From Lachnospiraceae bacterium (GTDB lineage Bacteria > Bacillota > Clostridia > Lachnospirales > Lachnospiraceae): a stretch of 32,350 nucleotides of DNA. The notes below the pieces were generated by a model. It was not told the origin of the DNA and searched no databases. It was given only the letters and a program-made list of their open reading frames with translations. Made by a program: the position numbers and the translations under genes. The stretch's first letter is position 1; each line of letters opens with the position of its first letter. Below, in pieces: positions 17,077 to 26,019 of the stretch. Where the stretch lies: assembly GCA_017463035.1 (NCBI GenBank), contig JAFTPY010000287.1, forward strand, positions 1-32,350, in the 5' to 3' direction.

Positions 17077-19230
17077 ATGAAGAAATATCAGGATGAAAGT
17101 CTTTCCTTTAAGGAAAGAGCAAAGGCTCTGGTTGCCGAAATGACACTGGAGGAGAAGGTGTTCCAGACCCTGCATTGGGCTGCGGCAATTGAACGCTTGG
17201 ACATTAAGGCTTACAATTGGTGGAACGAGGCGCTGCATGGCGTAGCCAGAGCAGGTGTGGCAACGGTGTTTCCGCAGGCAATCGGTTTGGCTGCAGCCTT
17301 TGACGAGGACATGATGGAGGAAGTGGGAGACCATGTTTCTACCGAAGGTCGTGCCAAGTTTAATATGCAGCAGAAGTACGGTGATACGGACATTTATAAG
17401 GGTCTCACTTTCTGGGCTCCGAATGTGAATATTTTCCGTGACCCGCGATGGGGACGCGGCCATGAGACGTATGGTGAGGATCCTTACTTGACCTCACGTC
17501 TCGGGGTCCGTTTTATTGAAGGTATGCAGGGCAAGGATGAGAAGTATTTGAAGGTGGCTGCCTGTGCAAAGCATTTTGCGGTTCATTCCGGTCCTGAAGA
17601 TGTGCGTCACAGCTTCAATGCGGAAGTCTCCAAGCAGGATTTGTATGAGACTTATTTGCCGGCGTTTAAGGCATGCGTAACAGAGGCAAAGGTGGAAACT
17701 GTCATGGGAGCCTATAACCGTACCAACGGAGAGGCGTGCTGCGGAAGTAAGACGTTGTTGCAGGATATTTTACGTGATGAGTGGGGCTTTGACGGTCATG
17801 TAACCAGCGACTGTTGGGCGATTAAGGATTTCCACGAGGGACATGGTCTGACCACGTCTCCGGTAGAGTCCGTGGCTCTTGCCATGAACAACGGTTGCGA
17901 TTTGAACTGCGGACATATTTATGTGAACTTGTTAGAAGCGGTAAAGCAGGGCCTGGTAACAGAAGAGACTTTGACCCGTGCGGTAGAGCGTTTGTATGTT
18001 TCCAAGATGCGTCTCGGAATTTTTGATGATCCGGAGCATGTTCCGTATAATACCATTGATTATTCCGTGGTAGACAGTAAGGAGCAGAAGGAGTTTAATC
18101 TTGCGGTGGCAAAGAAGACTCTTTGCTTGTTAAAGAATGAAGGAGCTGTTCTTCCGTTAGATAAGTCAAAGTTAAAGACGGTAGGTGTCATCGGACCGAA
18201 TGCGAATAACCGTAAGGCGCTGATCGGTAACTACGAGGGCACCGCTTCCGAATACATTACCGTATTGGAGGGAATTCAGGAGTATCTCGGAGATGATGTA
18301 AGAGTTCGCTATTCCGACGGATGCCATCTGTTTAAAAATAAGATTTCCGGTCTCGGTAGGGAGAATGACCGTATTGCAGAGGTGCGTGCGGTATGTGATG
18401 AGTCTGATGTAGTCATCGCTGTTATGGGTCTGGATTCCGGTCTGGAAGGGGAAGAAGGCGATCAGGGTAACGAGTGTGCCAGCGGCGATAAGCCGAATCT
18501 GGAGCTTCCGGGTCTTCAGAATGCGGTGCTGCAGACCATTTACGAAAGCGGCAAGCCGGTGGTATTGGTATTGTTATCCGGTAGTGCATTGGCGTTCCCG
18601 TGGGCGGAGGAACATATCCCGGCCATTGTACAGGCTTGGTATCCGGGAGCGCAGGGAGGCCGTGCTGTGGTGCAGATGTTGTTCGGTGAGTATGCTCCGG
18701 AGGGCAAGCTTCCGGTAACCTTCTATCGTAGTTCCGAAGAATTGCCGGCGTTTACCGATTATGCCATGAAGGGCAGAACGTATCGGTATATGGAAAATGA
18801 GGCGCTGTATCCGTTCGGTTACGGGCTCAGTTATACGGACTTTGCCTTAAAGAATGTTTCCGTATCGGGCGATGAGATTGCAAAGGGCGGAAGCATTACC
18901 GTAAAAGCTACGTTAGCTAATGTGGGTGACTATGACGGCGCGGAGACCGTACAGGTATATGTAAAAGCAAAGAATGTAAAGAATGCACCTTGGTTCCAGC
19001 TGAAGGGGCTGAAGAAAGTACGTGTCGCAAAGGGAGCAGAAGAGACTGTTGAGCTTACGTTAAAGGATGAAGCGTTTGCGTTGTATGATGAGGATGCTGC
19101 TTTTGTATTAAATGAGGGTGCGTATGAAGTATTTGTGGGTACATCGCAACCGGACAACAGAAGTATTGCATTGACCGGAAAGAAACCGGAGTGCTTCTCT
19201 GTTGTTTGTAAAAAGACAGAGATTTTGTAA
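17077..19230 (+). CDS. Glycoside hydrolase family 3 (beta-xylosidase/beta-glucosidase type), cytoplasmic
   Basis: I chose the ATG at 17077 (MKKYQDESLSFKERAKALVAEMTLEEKV). GH3 motifs are KHFAVHSGPE and GFDGHVTSDCWA (nucleophile Asp). The C-terminal part is Fn3-like (VTVKATLANVGDYDGAETVQVYVK). There is no signal peptide. Confidence 0.9.
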   Translation: MKKYQDESLSFKERAKALVAEMTLEEKVFQTLHWAAAIERLDIKAYNWWNEALHGVARAGVATVFPQAIGLAAAFDEDMMEEVGDHVSTEGRAKFNMQQKYGDTDIYKGLTFWAPNVNIFRDPRWGRGHETYGEDPYLTSRLGVRFIEGMQGKDEKYLKVAACAKHFAVHSGPEDVRHSFNAEVSKQDLYETYLPAFKACVTEAKVETVMGAYNRTNGEACCGSKTLLQDILRDEWGFDGHVTSDCWAIKDFHEGHGLTTSPVESVALAMNNGCDLNCGHIYVNLLEAVKQGLVTEETLTRAVERLYVSKMRLGIFDDPEHVPYNTIDYSVVDSKEQKEFNLAVAKKTLCLLKNEGAVLPLDKSKLKTVGVIGPNANNRKALIGNYEGTASEYITVLEGIQEYLGDDVRVRYSDGCHLFKNKISGLGRENDRIAEVRAVCDESDVVIAVMGLDSGLEGEEGDQGNECASGDKPNLELPGLQNAVLQTIYESGKPVVLVLLSGSALAFPWAEEHIPAIVQAWYPGAQGGRAVVQMLFGEYAPEGKLPVTFYRSSEELPAFTDYAMKGRTYRYMENEALYPFGYGLSYTDFALKNVSVSGDEIAKGGSITVKATLANVGDYDGAETVQVYVKAKNVKNAPWFQLKGLKKVRVAKGAEETVELTLKDEAFALYDEDAAFVLNEGAYEVFVGTSQPDNRSIALTGKKPECFSVVCKKTEIL

Positions 19231-19244
19231 AATAGCATAATAAG

Positions 19245-19286
19245 AAACGGGCTGTTGCATCGCCGGATGCACAGCCCGTTTTTTTC
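19245..19286. terminator. Rho-independent terminator shared by convergent GH3 (+) and mecA (-) genes
   Basis: AAACGGGCTGTTGCATC pairs with GATGCACAGCCCGTTT around a GCCG loop. TTTTTTT follows on the + strand. Confidence 0.75.
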
Positions 19287-19344
19287 GATGACTATCAAAA
19301 CGGATAAACACAAGTAAAATCCGCTGATTAATAAAAGTTAAATC

Positions 19345-20079
19345 TTAATTCAACTTTGCTAATGTCGCTAAAATGTCGTTGTCCGCAACCGGTACAAAGT
19401 GTTCTTTGTAATAAAGCAGAGAAGCATTGCTTGCAGAAACGGAGCTACCGTATTCGGAAGCAATATTGCAGATTTTGTTAAAATCTTCCGCGGTGTGGCC
19501 GTACATTCCGAGAAGAAGATAGTAACGCTCGTCGGAAGGATTTTTATAAAGCTTGGCAGTACCGTGATATCGGGAAACTACCACTGTGGCAAAACGGCTG
19601 ATTGCCGGTAGGGAATCAAAGGAATAAACCTTAACAAGAGACTCAGGCTTTTGTTCGCAGCTTTGGTCTTTGGTTCTGGAAAGTTCATCCGCTTTCTTTG
19701 TCAACATATCCTTGAACTGGGAGAAATAATTCAAAATCTCGTCCGCGAGAGCCGGAATCGGCATTTTATCGGAAATGTTTTCCTTTTCGGCAAACGGAGT
19801 GAAATTGGAAAATCTGGAATCCAGTTCTTCGGAATCTTCCATTTTGGTTACAACCAAAACGAGACAATCGGCATCTACCGGAATGGCCTCAATCATCAGA
19901 GGCATATCTTCGGTTTCAAAACCGCACTCGTAGGATGCCATTTGTACTAAATCACGGAATAGGGCCTTCGCTTTTTCACTGCCGTAGAACAATTCACTTA
20001 ACTGCAACTGACGCTCCTGTAAATCTTGCTTGTTCAAGGTACAACGGATCTGAGTATCACTTAAACGTTCGATTGTCAT
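19345..20079 (-). CDS. mecA: Adaptor protein MecA (ClpC adaptor family)
   Basis: The ATG at 20079 gives MTIERLSDTQIRCTLNKQDL, a typical MecA N-terminus. A GAAGGGGGTG SD lies upstream. The ORF track starts 66 nt earlier with no SD. Confidence 0.75.
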   Translation of the reverse strand: MTIERLSDTQIRCTLNKQDLQERQLQLSELFYGSEKAKALFRDLVQMASYECGFETEDMPLMIEAIPVDADCLVLVVTKMEDSEELDSRFSNFTPFAEKENISDKMPIPALADEILNYFSQFKDMLTKKADELSRTKDQSCEQKPESLVKVYSFDSLPAISRFATVVVSRYHGTAKLYKNPSDERYYLLLGMYGHTAEDFNKICNIASEYGSSVSASNASLLYYKEHFVPVADNDILATLAKLN

Positions 20080-20110
20080 GTGTATGCACCCCCTTCTTCG
20101 TGTTATACAA

Positions 20111-20139
20111 AGTATATAGTAATTTTCAACGAAAGTCAA
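20111..20139 (-). promoter_or_regulatory. Candidate sigma-A promoter for mecA
   Basis: On the - strand the element reads TTGACT, a 17-nt spacer, then TATACT. The -10 element lies about 30 nt upstream of the start codon. Confidence 0.45.
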
Positions 20140-20254
20140 TAACATAAATTGTGAAGTTTGTATAAAGAAGGTAAGGAAAAATGCGGGTTTAATTTTAGTA
20201 ATACTATACGAAAAATCGAAGGAAAGTTTGTGGAAATTGCGAAGAGAAAAATGC

Positions 20255-20284
20255 TTGCACGAAGCATTTTCGGAGCGTTATAAT
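20255..20284 (+). promoter_or_regulatory. Candidate sigma-A promoter for the kinase gene
   Basis: TTGCAC, an 18-nt spacer, then TATAAT. The -35 element is embedded in a 7-bp palindrome, AATGCTT-GCACG-AAGCATT (20250-20268). Confidence 0.4.
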
Positions 20285-20364
20285 AAATGCAGGTGAGAAA
20301 ATCACCGGCAATCCGACAACGAAAAGGACAAATCAGTGTGCGTAAGGCATACAGAAAGGAGAAG

Positions 20365-21657
20365 ATGGAAGAAGAATTATTATTTGGGAAGTATCGTGTA
20401 CTCCGGTTGCTTGCAAACGGTAGCGGAGGAGAGGTATTTCTGGCAGAGCATGAGAGGCTCGGAGAACGGCGTATCATAAAGCGTCTTTTAAAGAACAGGC
20501 CGTTCTATGAAGAACGTAAGCGGGAAGCACACACTTTGAAATTGTTGCACCATACGGCAGTTCCTCGTATTTATGATATTGAGGAGGACGCGTCTGCGTG
20601 CTATATTATCGAAGAAGATATGGGCGGGGAAACATTACATGATTTTCTTAACAGGCAGAAATGTCTCTCGACATCTTTTATATCAAATTATTCCATTCAG
20701 CTTTGTGAAATAATTGAATACTTGCATCGGGAAGGGATTCTTTATTTGGATGTAAAACCGGAAAATATTATGATCTGCGGAGAAAAGCTGACATTAATTG
20801 ATTTCGGCGGAGCAATACGAAAACAGGAGTATTCCGGAGTGATGTTCGGTACGCAGGGGTTTGCGGCTCCCGAACAGTATAACGGTATGGCAAAGGAAAG
20901 TTCCGATATATACGGAATCGGCCGTGTAATAGGAGTTATGCTGGGAGAGAAGAGCAAGGGTAGAGAAGAGTTGTTTGCAATCTATGAACGGTGTGTGAGG
21001 GATAATCCGGAAAAACGTTATCCGAGTGTTTCGGTTCTAAAAGAAGAGCTGCAAAAGGTTTATCGCGGAATAGGAAAAAAAGCACGGCGGAAGGGACGAA
21101 CTCCCGGATATATCGGTGTGGCCGGTATCCATGACGGTGCAGAGTGCGGAGTCTTTTGCACATTGCTTGCGACATATTTAAACGACAGGGAAAACAGCCG
21201 GATTGCATGTATTGATATGTCGGGGAAGCATATATTCGAACAATTTTATGAGAGTATGTTCGGAACAAGAAAAGCAGTACCGGATTGCTTTTTCCTGCAG
21301 GGAATATGCTACGTTACAGAAGCCTCTTCTGCTGTAATCGGAGCATATGCGGCAAAGGGATACGAAACAATCCTGCTTCATTTCGGTGTGTGGCAGGAAG
21401 AGAGCCGGGAGGAATTCTTCCGGTGTGACAGTCGGTTTGTTTTGGGAAATCTTTACCCGTGGCGGATGCCGGAATGGAAGGAATTCGCCGGGGCGGTAAG
21501 AGACGGAGCGGTGCGGAAAAGCATTACGGCAGTAATTACCGGCGGGGAGCGGGAAATGCTTCCGGCACGGTTCGGAAAGGTCGTCGAGATGCCGTATGTG
21601 GCCGATGTACTGCGAGTTGACCGGAATATCCGGAAATTGTTTCAAACCCTATTGTAA
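20365..21657 (+). CDS. Soluble Hanks-type Ser/Thr protein kinase with a roughly 180-aa C-terminal domain resembling a degenerate ParA/MinD P-loop fold
   Basis: I chose the ATG at 20365 (MEEELLFGKYRVL) because AGAAAGGAG lies upstream. Kinase motifs present are GSGGEV, IIKRL (Lys), YLDVKPEN, IDFGGA and FAAPEQ. No TM segment is present. Confidence 0.8.
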   Translation: MEEELLFGKYRVLRLLANGSGGEVFLAEHERLGERRIIKRLLKNRPFYEERKREAHTLKLLHHTAVPRIYDIEEDASACYIIEEDMGGETLHDFLNRQKCLSTSFISNYSIQLCEIIEYLHREGILYLDVKPENIMICGEKLTLIDFGGAIRKQEYSGVMFGTQGFAAPEQYNGMAKESSDIYGIGRVIGVMLGEKSKGREELFAIYERCVRDNPEKRYPSVSVLKEELQKVYRGIGKKARRKGRTPGYIGVAGIHDGAECGVFCTLLATYLNDRENSRIACIDMSGKHIFEQFYESMFGTRKAVPDCFFLQGICYVTEASSAVIGAYAAKGYETILLHFGVWQEESREEFFRCDSRFVLGNLYPWRMPEWKEFAGAVRDGAVRKSITAVITGGEREMLPARFGKVVEMPYVADVLRVDRNIRKLFQTLL

Positions 21658-21892
21658 CAAAAGCAATCCGAAGGTGCTACCATCCCGGAGGTTATTTTGC
21701 ATATCACACAGGTTCTGCCTCCGTATGGAATCGGACTCATAAGTGCCGCTGTGTCCCTGTGGGACGAAAACGGCTTGTTCTCTCAGGAAAAGTTGAAAAG
21801 GAAGATGGGACATGGCGGCAAAATGGGGTTGATTATTTTTTATAACTTGTATATACTAAATTACAGTAAGATACAGAAAAGAGGAAGCGCTT

Positions 21893-23644
21893 GTGAAGAA
21901 GAAAACGGGAGTTACAATAATCGGAGTGTTTGTGGCACTGCTTTTGATTGCGGCGGTGCTGGGTGTTGCTTTGGTGCGGAAGTATACCCCGAATAAAGAA
22001 TACATTGCACCGGAAGAGGTGGTAACAGTGCCGGAGGGAGAGGCATATGTTACCTTTTGGAATGAAAAATACGAGAAAAACGCACTGCTTTTAAACGGAG
22101 GGATTTACCTCGATTTAGATACGGTGTTTACCTATATTAACAAAGAGTTTTATTATGATGAGGAAGAATTTGTTTTGACCTATACTACGCCGAATGAAAT
22201 TATCCGGGCTTATCCGACGGAGGCGGTATATTACAGCAATAAGACAAGGAACGAATTGTCTCACGACCCGATTTTGACAAAGGGCGGTGTGCCGTATATG
22301 TCGTTAGAATTCGCGGCATTGTTTTCCGATGTAACCTATACGTTTTATGAGAATCCGTCCAGAGTGTTAATTCGTACCGGAGCGAAGGATGTATTGTCCT
22401 TGAAGACAAAGAAGGAGACAACGGTACGGGAAGCGGCGGATATCAAGAGCCCGAATTTGTGCGACTTAAAGAAAGACAGTGTTGTATGGTATGTGGACGC
22501 GGGAACCGAGACCAGTACGAAGTTTGTGAAGATTATGACCGAGGACGGATTGTTCGGCTTTGTGAGGAAGAAGGATTTAAGCGAAACCTATCATGAGAGC
22601 TATGCTTCCGATTATACTCCGGCGGTATATCCGCACATTTTATCGGATAAGGATGTGGTTTTAGGCTGGCATCAGGTGACCAATAAAACCGCAAACGCGG
22701 GACTGGAGGGCCTGATTAAGAACAATAGGCAGTTGACGGTAGTATCGCCGACCTGGTTCCGGCTGGCAAAGTGGGATAAGGAGAGTGAACCGGAAAATCC
22801 TCTTTTGTCACTGGCGGATGCAGCGTATGTCGAAACGGCGAAATCCTACGGCCTGGAAGTGTGGGGGCTGGTAGATAATTTTGATATTGCGGATGCGGAG
22901 GGGTTTGATCCGACCGCAAATTCTTACGAGGTGCTTTCCTCTACGAAAAAGAGAGAGGCGCTGATGAATGCGTTGGTGGCAGAGGCCATCCGGTATGATC
23001 TGGACGGTTTAAATATTGATTTTGAGATGCTTTCTTTAGAGACCGGTCCGCATTTTATTCAGTTTTTAAGAGAATTGTCCGTAAAGTGTCGTGCCAACGG
23101 TTTGGTGCTTTCCGTGGACAACTACGTTCCGTCTGCCCATGCGGCCTATTATGACTGGACGACGCAGGGAGAGGTAGTGGACTATGTAATTATTATGGCC
23201 TACGATGAGCATTATGCGGGTTCGGAGGTTGCGGGTTCCGTGGCATCCTACAATTACCTGACGAAGGCGGTGGATAATATTCTGACCATGGTGCCGAAGG
23301 AGCAGGTCATTATGGCAGTGCCGTTTTATACCAGATTGTGGACCGAAACAAAAGAAAACGGTAGTACAAAGCTGACGTCAGCCGCACTTTCCATGGTGAC
23401 TGCACAGACGGAGCTTTCCAGAAATAAAGTGACGCCGGTATGGGACGAGGAAACCCGTCAATATTATGCGGAGTACGAAAAGGACGGAGCTGTCTGTAAA
23501 ATGTGGATGGAGGATGTACAGTCTCTTCAGGAGAAGATTTTATATATCAGAAAGGCGGATTTGGCGGGCATTGCAGCCTGGAGACTGGGCTTTGAGTCTC
23601 CGGAGGTCTGGAATTTGTTTGAAAAGGATGTTCTTGCAGAGTAG
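21893..23644 (+). CDS. Membrane-anchored GH18-family (YaaH/YdhD-like) peptidoglycan/chitin hydrolase with an SH3b-like domain
   Basis: GTG start with an AAGAGGAAG SD. The TM anchor is VTIIGVFVALLLIAAVLGVALV. The SH3-like segment is VWYVDAGTETSTKFVKIMTEDGLFGFVRKKDL. The GH18 motif is YDLDGLNIDFE. Confidence 0.8.
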   Translation: MKKKTGVTIIGVFVALLLIAAVLGVALVRKYTPNKEYIAPEEVVTVPEGEAYVTFWNEKYEKNALLLNGGIYLDLDTVFTYINKEFYYDEEEFVLTYTTPNEIIRAYPTEAVYYSNKTRNELSHDPILTKGGVPYMSLEFAALFSDVTYTFYENPSRVLIRTGAKDVLSLKTKKETTVREAADIKSPNLCDLKKDSVVWYVDAGTETSTKFVKIMTEDGLFGFVRKKDLSETYHESYASDYTPAVYPHILSDKDVVLGWHQVTNKTANAGLEGLIKNNRQLTVVSPTWFRLAKWDKESEPENPLLSLADAAYVETAKSYGLEVWGLVDNFDIADAEGFDPTANSYEVLSSTKKREALMNALVAEAIRYDLDGLNIDFEMLSLETGPHFIQFLRELSVKCRANGLVLSVDNYVPSAHAAYYDWTTQGEVVDYVIIMAYDEHYAGSEVAGSVASYNYLTKAVDNILTMVPKEQVIMAVPFYTRLWTETKENGSTKLTSAALSMVTAQTELSRNKVTPVWDEETRQYYAEYEKDGAVCKMWMEDVQSLQEKILYIRKADLAGIAAWRLGFESPEVWNLFEKDVLAE

Positions 23645-23684
23645 AGAAAGCATATACTTGTAAAAATGTGTTTTTGGGTGTAAT

Positions 23685-24422
23685 ATGCAGAGGAAAGAAA
23701 GAGAACCGCTTGTTTTTCTGAAAAAGTATAAGCATATTTTTCTTTTGCTTATGTTCTGCCTGATGCTGTTGTTTGCAAAGAGCAAGGCAGGAGAACGTCT
23801 GGCCATGGTTTTCTCGGACAAAGAGAGCGGGACGGATGCGGTGATTGTGATTGATGCGGGACACGGAGGCGTTGATCCGGGGAAGGTCGGAGAAAACGGT
23901 ACTCTGGAAAAAGACATTAATCTTTCGATTGCCGGAAAGCTTCGGAGCCGCTTGGAACAAAACGGATTCCGGGTAGTAATGACAAGAGATAATGACGAAG
24001 GCTTGTACAGTGAGAATGCCCGGAACAAAAAGAGAGAAGATATGGAGGCGCGTGTCCGTGTGATATCCGAGGCGGACCCGGACTTTGTGGTGAGTATTCA
24101 TCAAAACAGCTTTCCCGACGCAAGCTGTAAAGGGGCACAGTTGTTTTATTATAAAGATTCGGAAGGCAGTAAGAAGCTTGCGGAAACGTTACAGAAAAAG
24201 CTTTTGGAGGTATTACAGGACGGGAATACCAGGCAGGCAAAGGCAAACAGTGATTACTATTTGCTTCGGAAAACGGCTTGCCCGGTGGTAATCGCCGAGT
24301 GCGGGTTCCTTTCCAATGCTGCCGAAGCGGCGTTACTTGCAAGTGATGCATATCAGGAAAAGGTAGCGGAAGCCTTGTGTTTGGGGATTTTACAGTATAG
24401 ATCCGAGGTGTCCGGGCAATAA
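23685..24422 (+). CDS. cwlD: N-acetylmuramoyl-L-alanine amidase, CwlD-like (Amidase_3)
   Basis: N-terminal TM helix followed by VIDAGHGGVDPGKVG, VSIHQNSF and AECGFLSN motifs. The roughly 245-aa size is typical of the germination-specific CwlD. Confidence 0.75.
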   Translation: MQRKEREPLVFLKKYKHIFLLLMFCLMLLFAKSKAGERLAMVFSDKESGTDAVIVIDAGHGGVDPGKVGENGTLEKDINLSIAGKLRSRLEQNGFRVVMTRDNDEGLYSENARNKKREDMEARVRVISEADPDFVVSIHQNSFPDASCKGAQLFYYKDSEGSKKLAETLQKKLLEVLQDGNTRQAKANSDYYLLRKTACPVVIAECGFLSNAAEAALLASDAYQEKVAEALCLGILQYRSEVSGQ

Positions 24423-24478
24423 TTTTTACAACAGGTATGCCCGTGACAAAAGGGAACGGAAGGAAGGTTTTTTGCCGG

Positions 24479-25552
24479 ATGGAGACTGAAATCATTAAAA
24501 TAAACAGAGACAATTTTGAGGAAGAGGAGCTTGACTTCGCCGCACAGTGCCTGCGGGAAGGAAAGCTGGTAGCATTTCCTACGGAGACAGTGTACGGACT
24601 TGGCGGAAATGCATTTGATGCCACGGCTTCGGCGCGGATTTATGAGGCAAAGGGGCGTCCTTCGGACAATCCTTTGATTGTGCATATTGCGGACAGGTCA
24701 GCGCTTACGGAGCTGGCGGCAGAGGTGCCGACAGCAGCGTATCGTTTGGCGGAGGCTTTTTGGCCGGGACCTCTTACCATGATTTTGAAAAAGAGTGATA
24801 AGGTGCCGAAAACGACTACGGGCGGTCTTGATACGGTGGCAATTCGTATGCCGGCGGACCCGGTGGCAGCGGCACTCATCCGACGTTCCGGTATTTATGT
24901 GGCGGCACCCAGCGCCAATGCATCGGGACGACCGAGCACCACAAAGGCAGAGCACGTCATTGAGGATTTGGACGGAAAAATCGATGTGATTATCGACGGC
25001 GGAGCGTCTGCCATCGGTCTGGAGTCAACCATTGTGGATTTGACGGGAGAGGTACCGCTTATCCTACGCCCGGGCTACATCAATGCGGAACAGTTGGCTG
25101 AGGTATTGGGGGAGGTGCGGTTTGACGAAGCGGTATTAAAGAGGAGCGCTTCAGAGAATATTGTGGCAAAGGCACCGGGGATGAAGTACCGGCATTATGC
25201 GCCGAAGGCGCCGTTGTATATTGTAGAGGGAAAGAGCGACGAAGTGGTTCGTTATATCAATACGGAGGCAGTGAAGAATGCAACGGAAGGACGTCTTACC
25301 GGCATTCTGGCCACAGAGGAAACGAAGAAGTGCTACACGGGCGGTATGGTGTTTTGCGTGGGAGAACGTGCCAATGCAGAGTCCATCGCGGCAGGGCTGT
25401 TTGATACGTTACGCAGCTTTGATGAAACCGGTGTAGGCGTGATTTATTCGGAAAGCTTTGCGGATAACCCGTTGGGGACAGCGATTATGAATCGCCTGCT
25501 TAAGGCGGCGGGATACCATATCATCCGACTTAATCAGGATGAGCATATTTAA
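24479..25552 (+). CDS. L-threonylcarbamoyladenylate synthase (Sua5/YwlC/TsaC type with a C-terminal Sua5 domain)
   Basis: Motifs are VAFPTETVYGLGGNA, RIYEAKGRPSDNPLIVH and SANASGRPS. The start is uncertain between 24437 and 24479; I chose METEIIKI. Confidence 0.9.
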   Translation: METEIIKINRDNFEEEELDFAAQCLREGKLVAFPTETVYGLGGNAFDATASARIYEAKGRPSDNPLIVHIADRSALTELAAEVPTAAYRLAEAFWPGPLTMILKKSDKVPKTTTGGLDTVAIRMPADPVAAALIRRSGIYVAAPSANASGRPSTTKAEHVIEDLDGKIDVIIDGGASAIGLESTIVDLTGEVPLILRPGYINAEQLAEVLGEVRFDEAVLKRSASENIVAKAPGMKYRHYAPKAPLYIVEGKSDEVVRYINTEAVKNATEGRLTGILATEETKKCYTGGMVFCVGERANAESIAAGLFDTLRSFDETGVGVIYSESFADNPLGTAIMNRLLKAAGYHIIRLNQDEHI

Positions 25553-25582
25553 AACAAAATGAATTCCAAGGAGGAAACAAAC

Positions 25583-26011
25583 ATGATAGCGTTAGGTTGC
25601 GATCAGGGCGGTTATGAATTGATGCAGGAGGTAAAGAAGCACTTAGTGGAAAGAGGACTGGAATATAAGGATTTCGGCACCTATTCTTCCGAGTCCGTGG
25701 ATTACCCGATTTACGGTAAGAAGGTGGCTCATGCGGTAGCAAGCGGCGAGTGTGAGAGAGGCATTTTGATTTGCGGAACCGGTATCGGCATCTCCATTAC
25801 CGCAAATAAGGTGAAGGGGATTCGTGCGGCTCTTTGCCATGATGTATTCAGCGCAGAGGCAACAAGACTTCACAATGATGCAAACATCCTTGCCATGGGC
25901 GGCAGAATCGTAGGACCTGGCTTGGCACTGATGATTGTTGATAAGTTTTTGGACACCCCGTTCTCTAACGAAGAGCGTCATGCAAGACGTATCGGCATGA
26001 TGGAGGACTAA
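25583..26011 (+). CDS. rpiB: Ribose-5-phosphate isomerase B (RpiB/LacAB family)
   Basis: The ATG at 25583 (MIALGCDQGGYELM) follows a CCAAGGAGGAAAC SD. The motif GILICGTGIGISITANK is present. Confidence 0.9.
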   Translation: MIALGCDQGGYELMQEVKKHLVERGLEYKDFGTYSSESVDYPIYGKKVAHAVASGECERGILICGTGIGISITANKVKGIRAALCHDVFSAEATRLHNDANILAMGGRIVGPGLALMIVDKFLDTPFSNEERHARRIGMMED

Positions 26012-26019
26012 ACTTAGGT

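Noticed and set aside
20136-20477. 113-aa - strand ORF spanning the mecA/kinase intergenic region
   Set aside because: It covers the two divergent promoters and the kinase 5' end, and has no SD. The composition is not protein-like.
21658-21892. Possible c-di-GMP-I (GEMM-I) or c-di-AMP (ydaO) riboswitch; GGGACGAAAACGGC resembles the GGGACGCAAAGCC segment of GEMM-I
   Set aside because: The upstream GGCAAA/GNRA-tetraloop hairpin is not present in the right order. The overall two-hairpin architecture is also missing, so the resemblance is too partial.
21697-21996. 99-aa + strand ORF overlapping the GH18 gene start
   Set aside because: It is in a different frame from the 583-aa GH18 ORF, which has its own SD and TM anchor. 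The region is better explained as a structured leader.
23540-24685. Long antisense ORFs (162, 185, 235 and 110 aa) opposite cwlD and the sua5 5' end
   Set aside because: Their composition is Pro/Ser/Arg-rich and typical of antisense frames. The + strand genes carry unambiguous Amidase_3 and Sua5 motifs.
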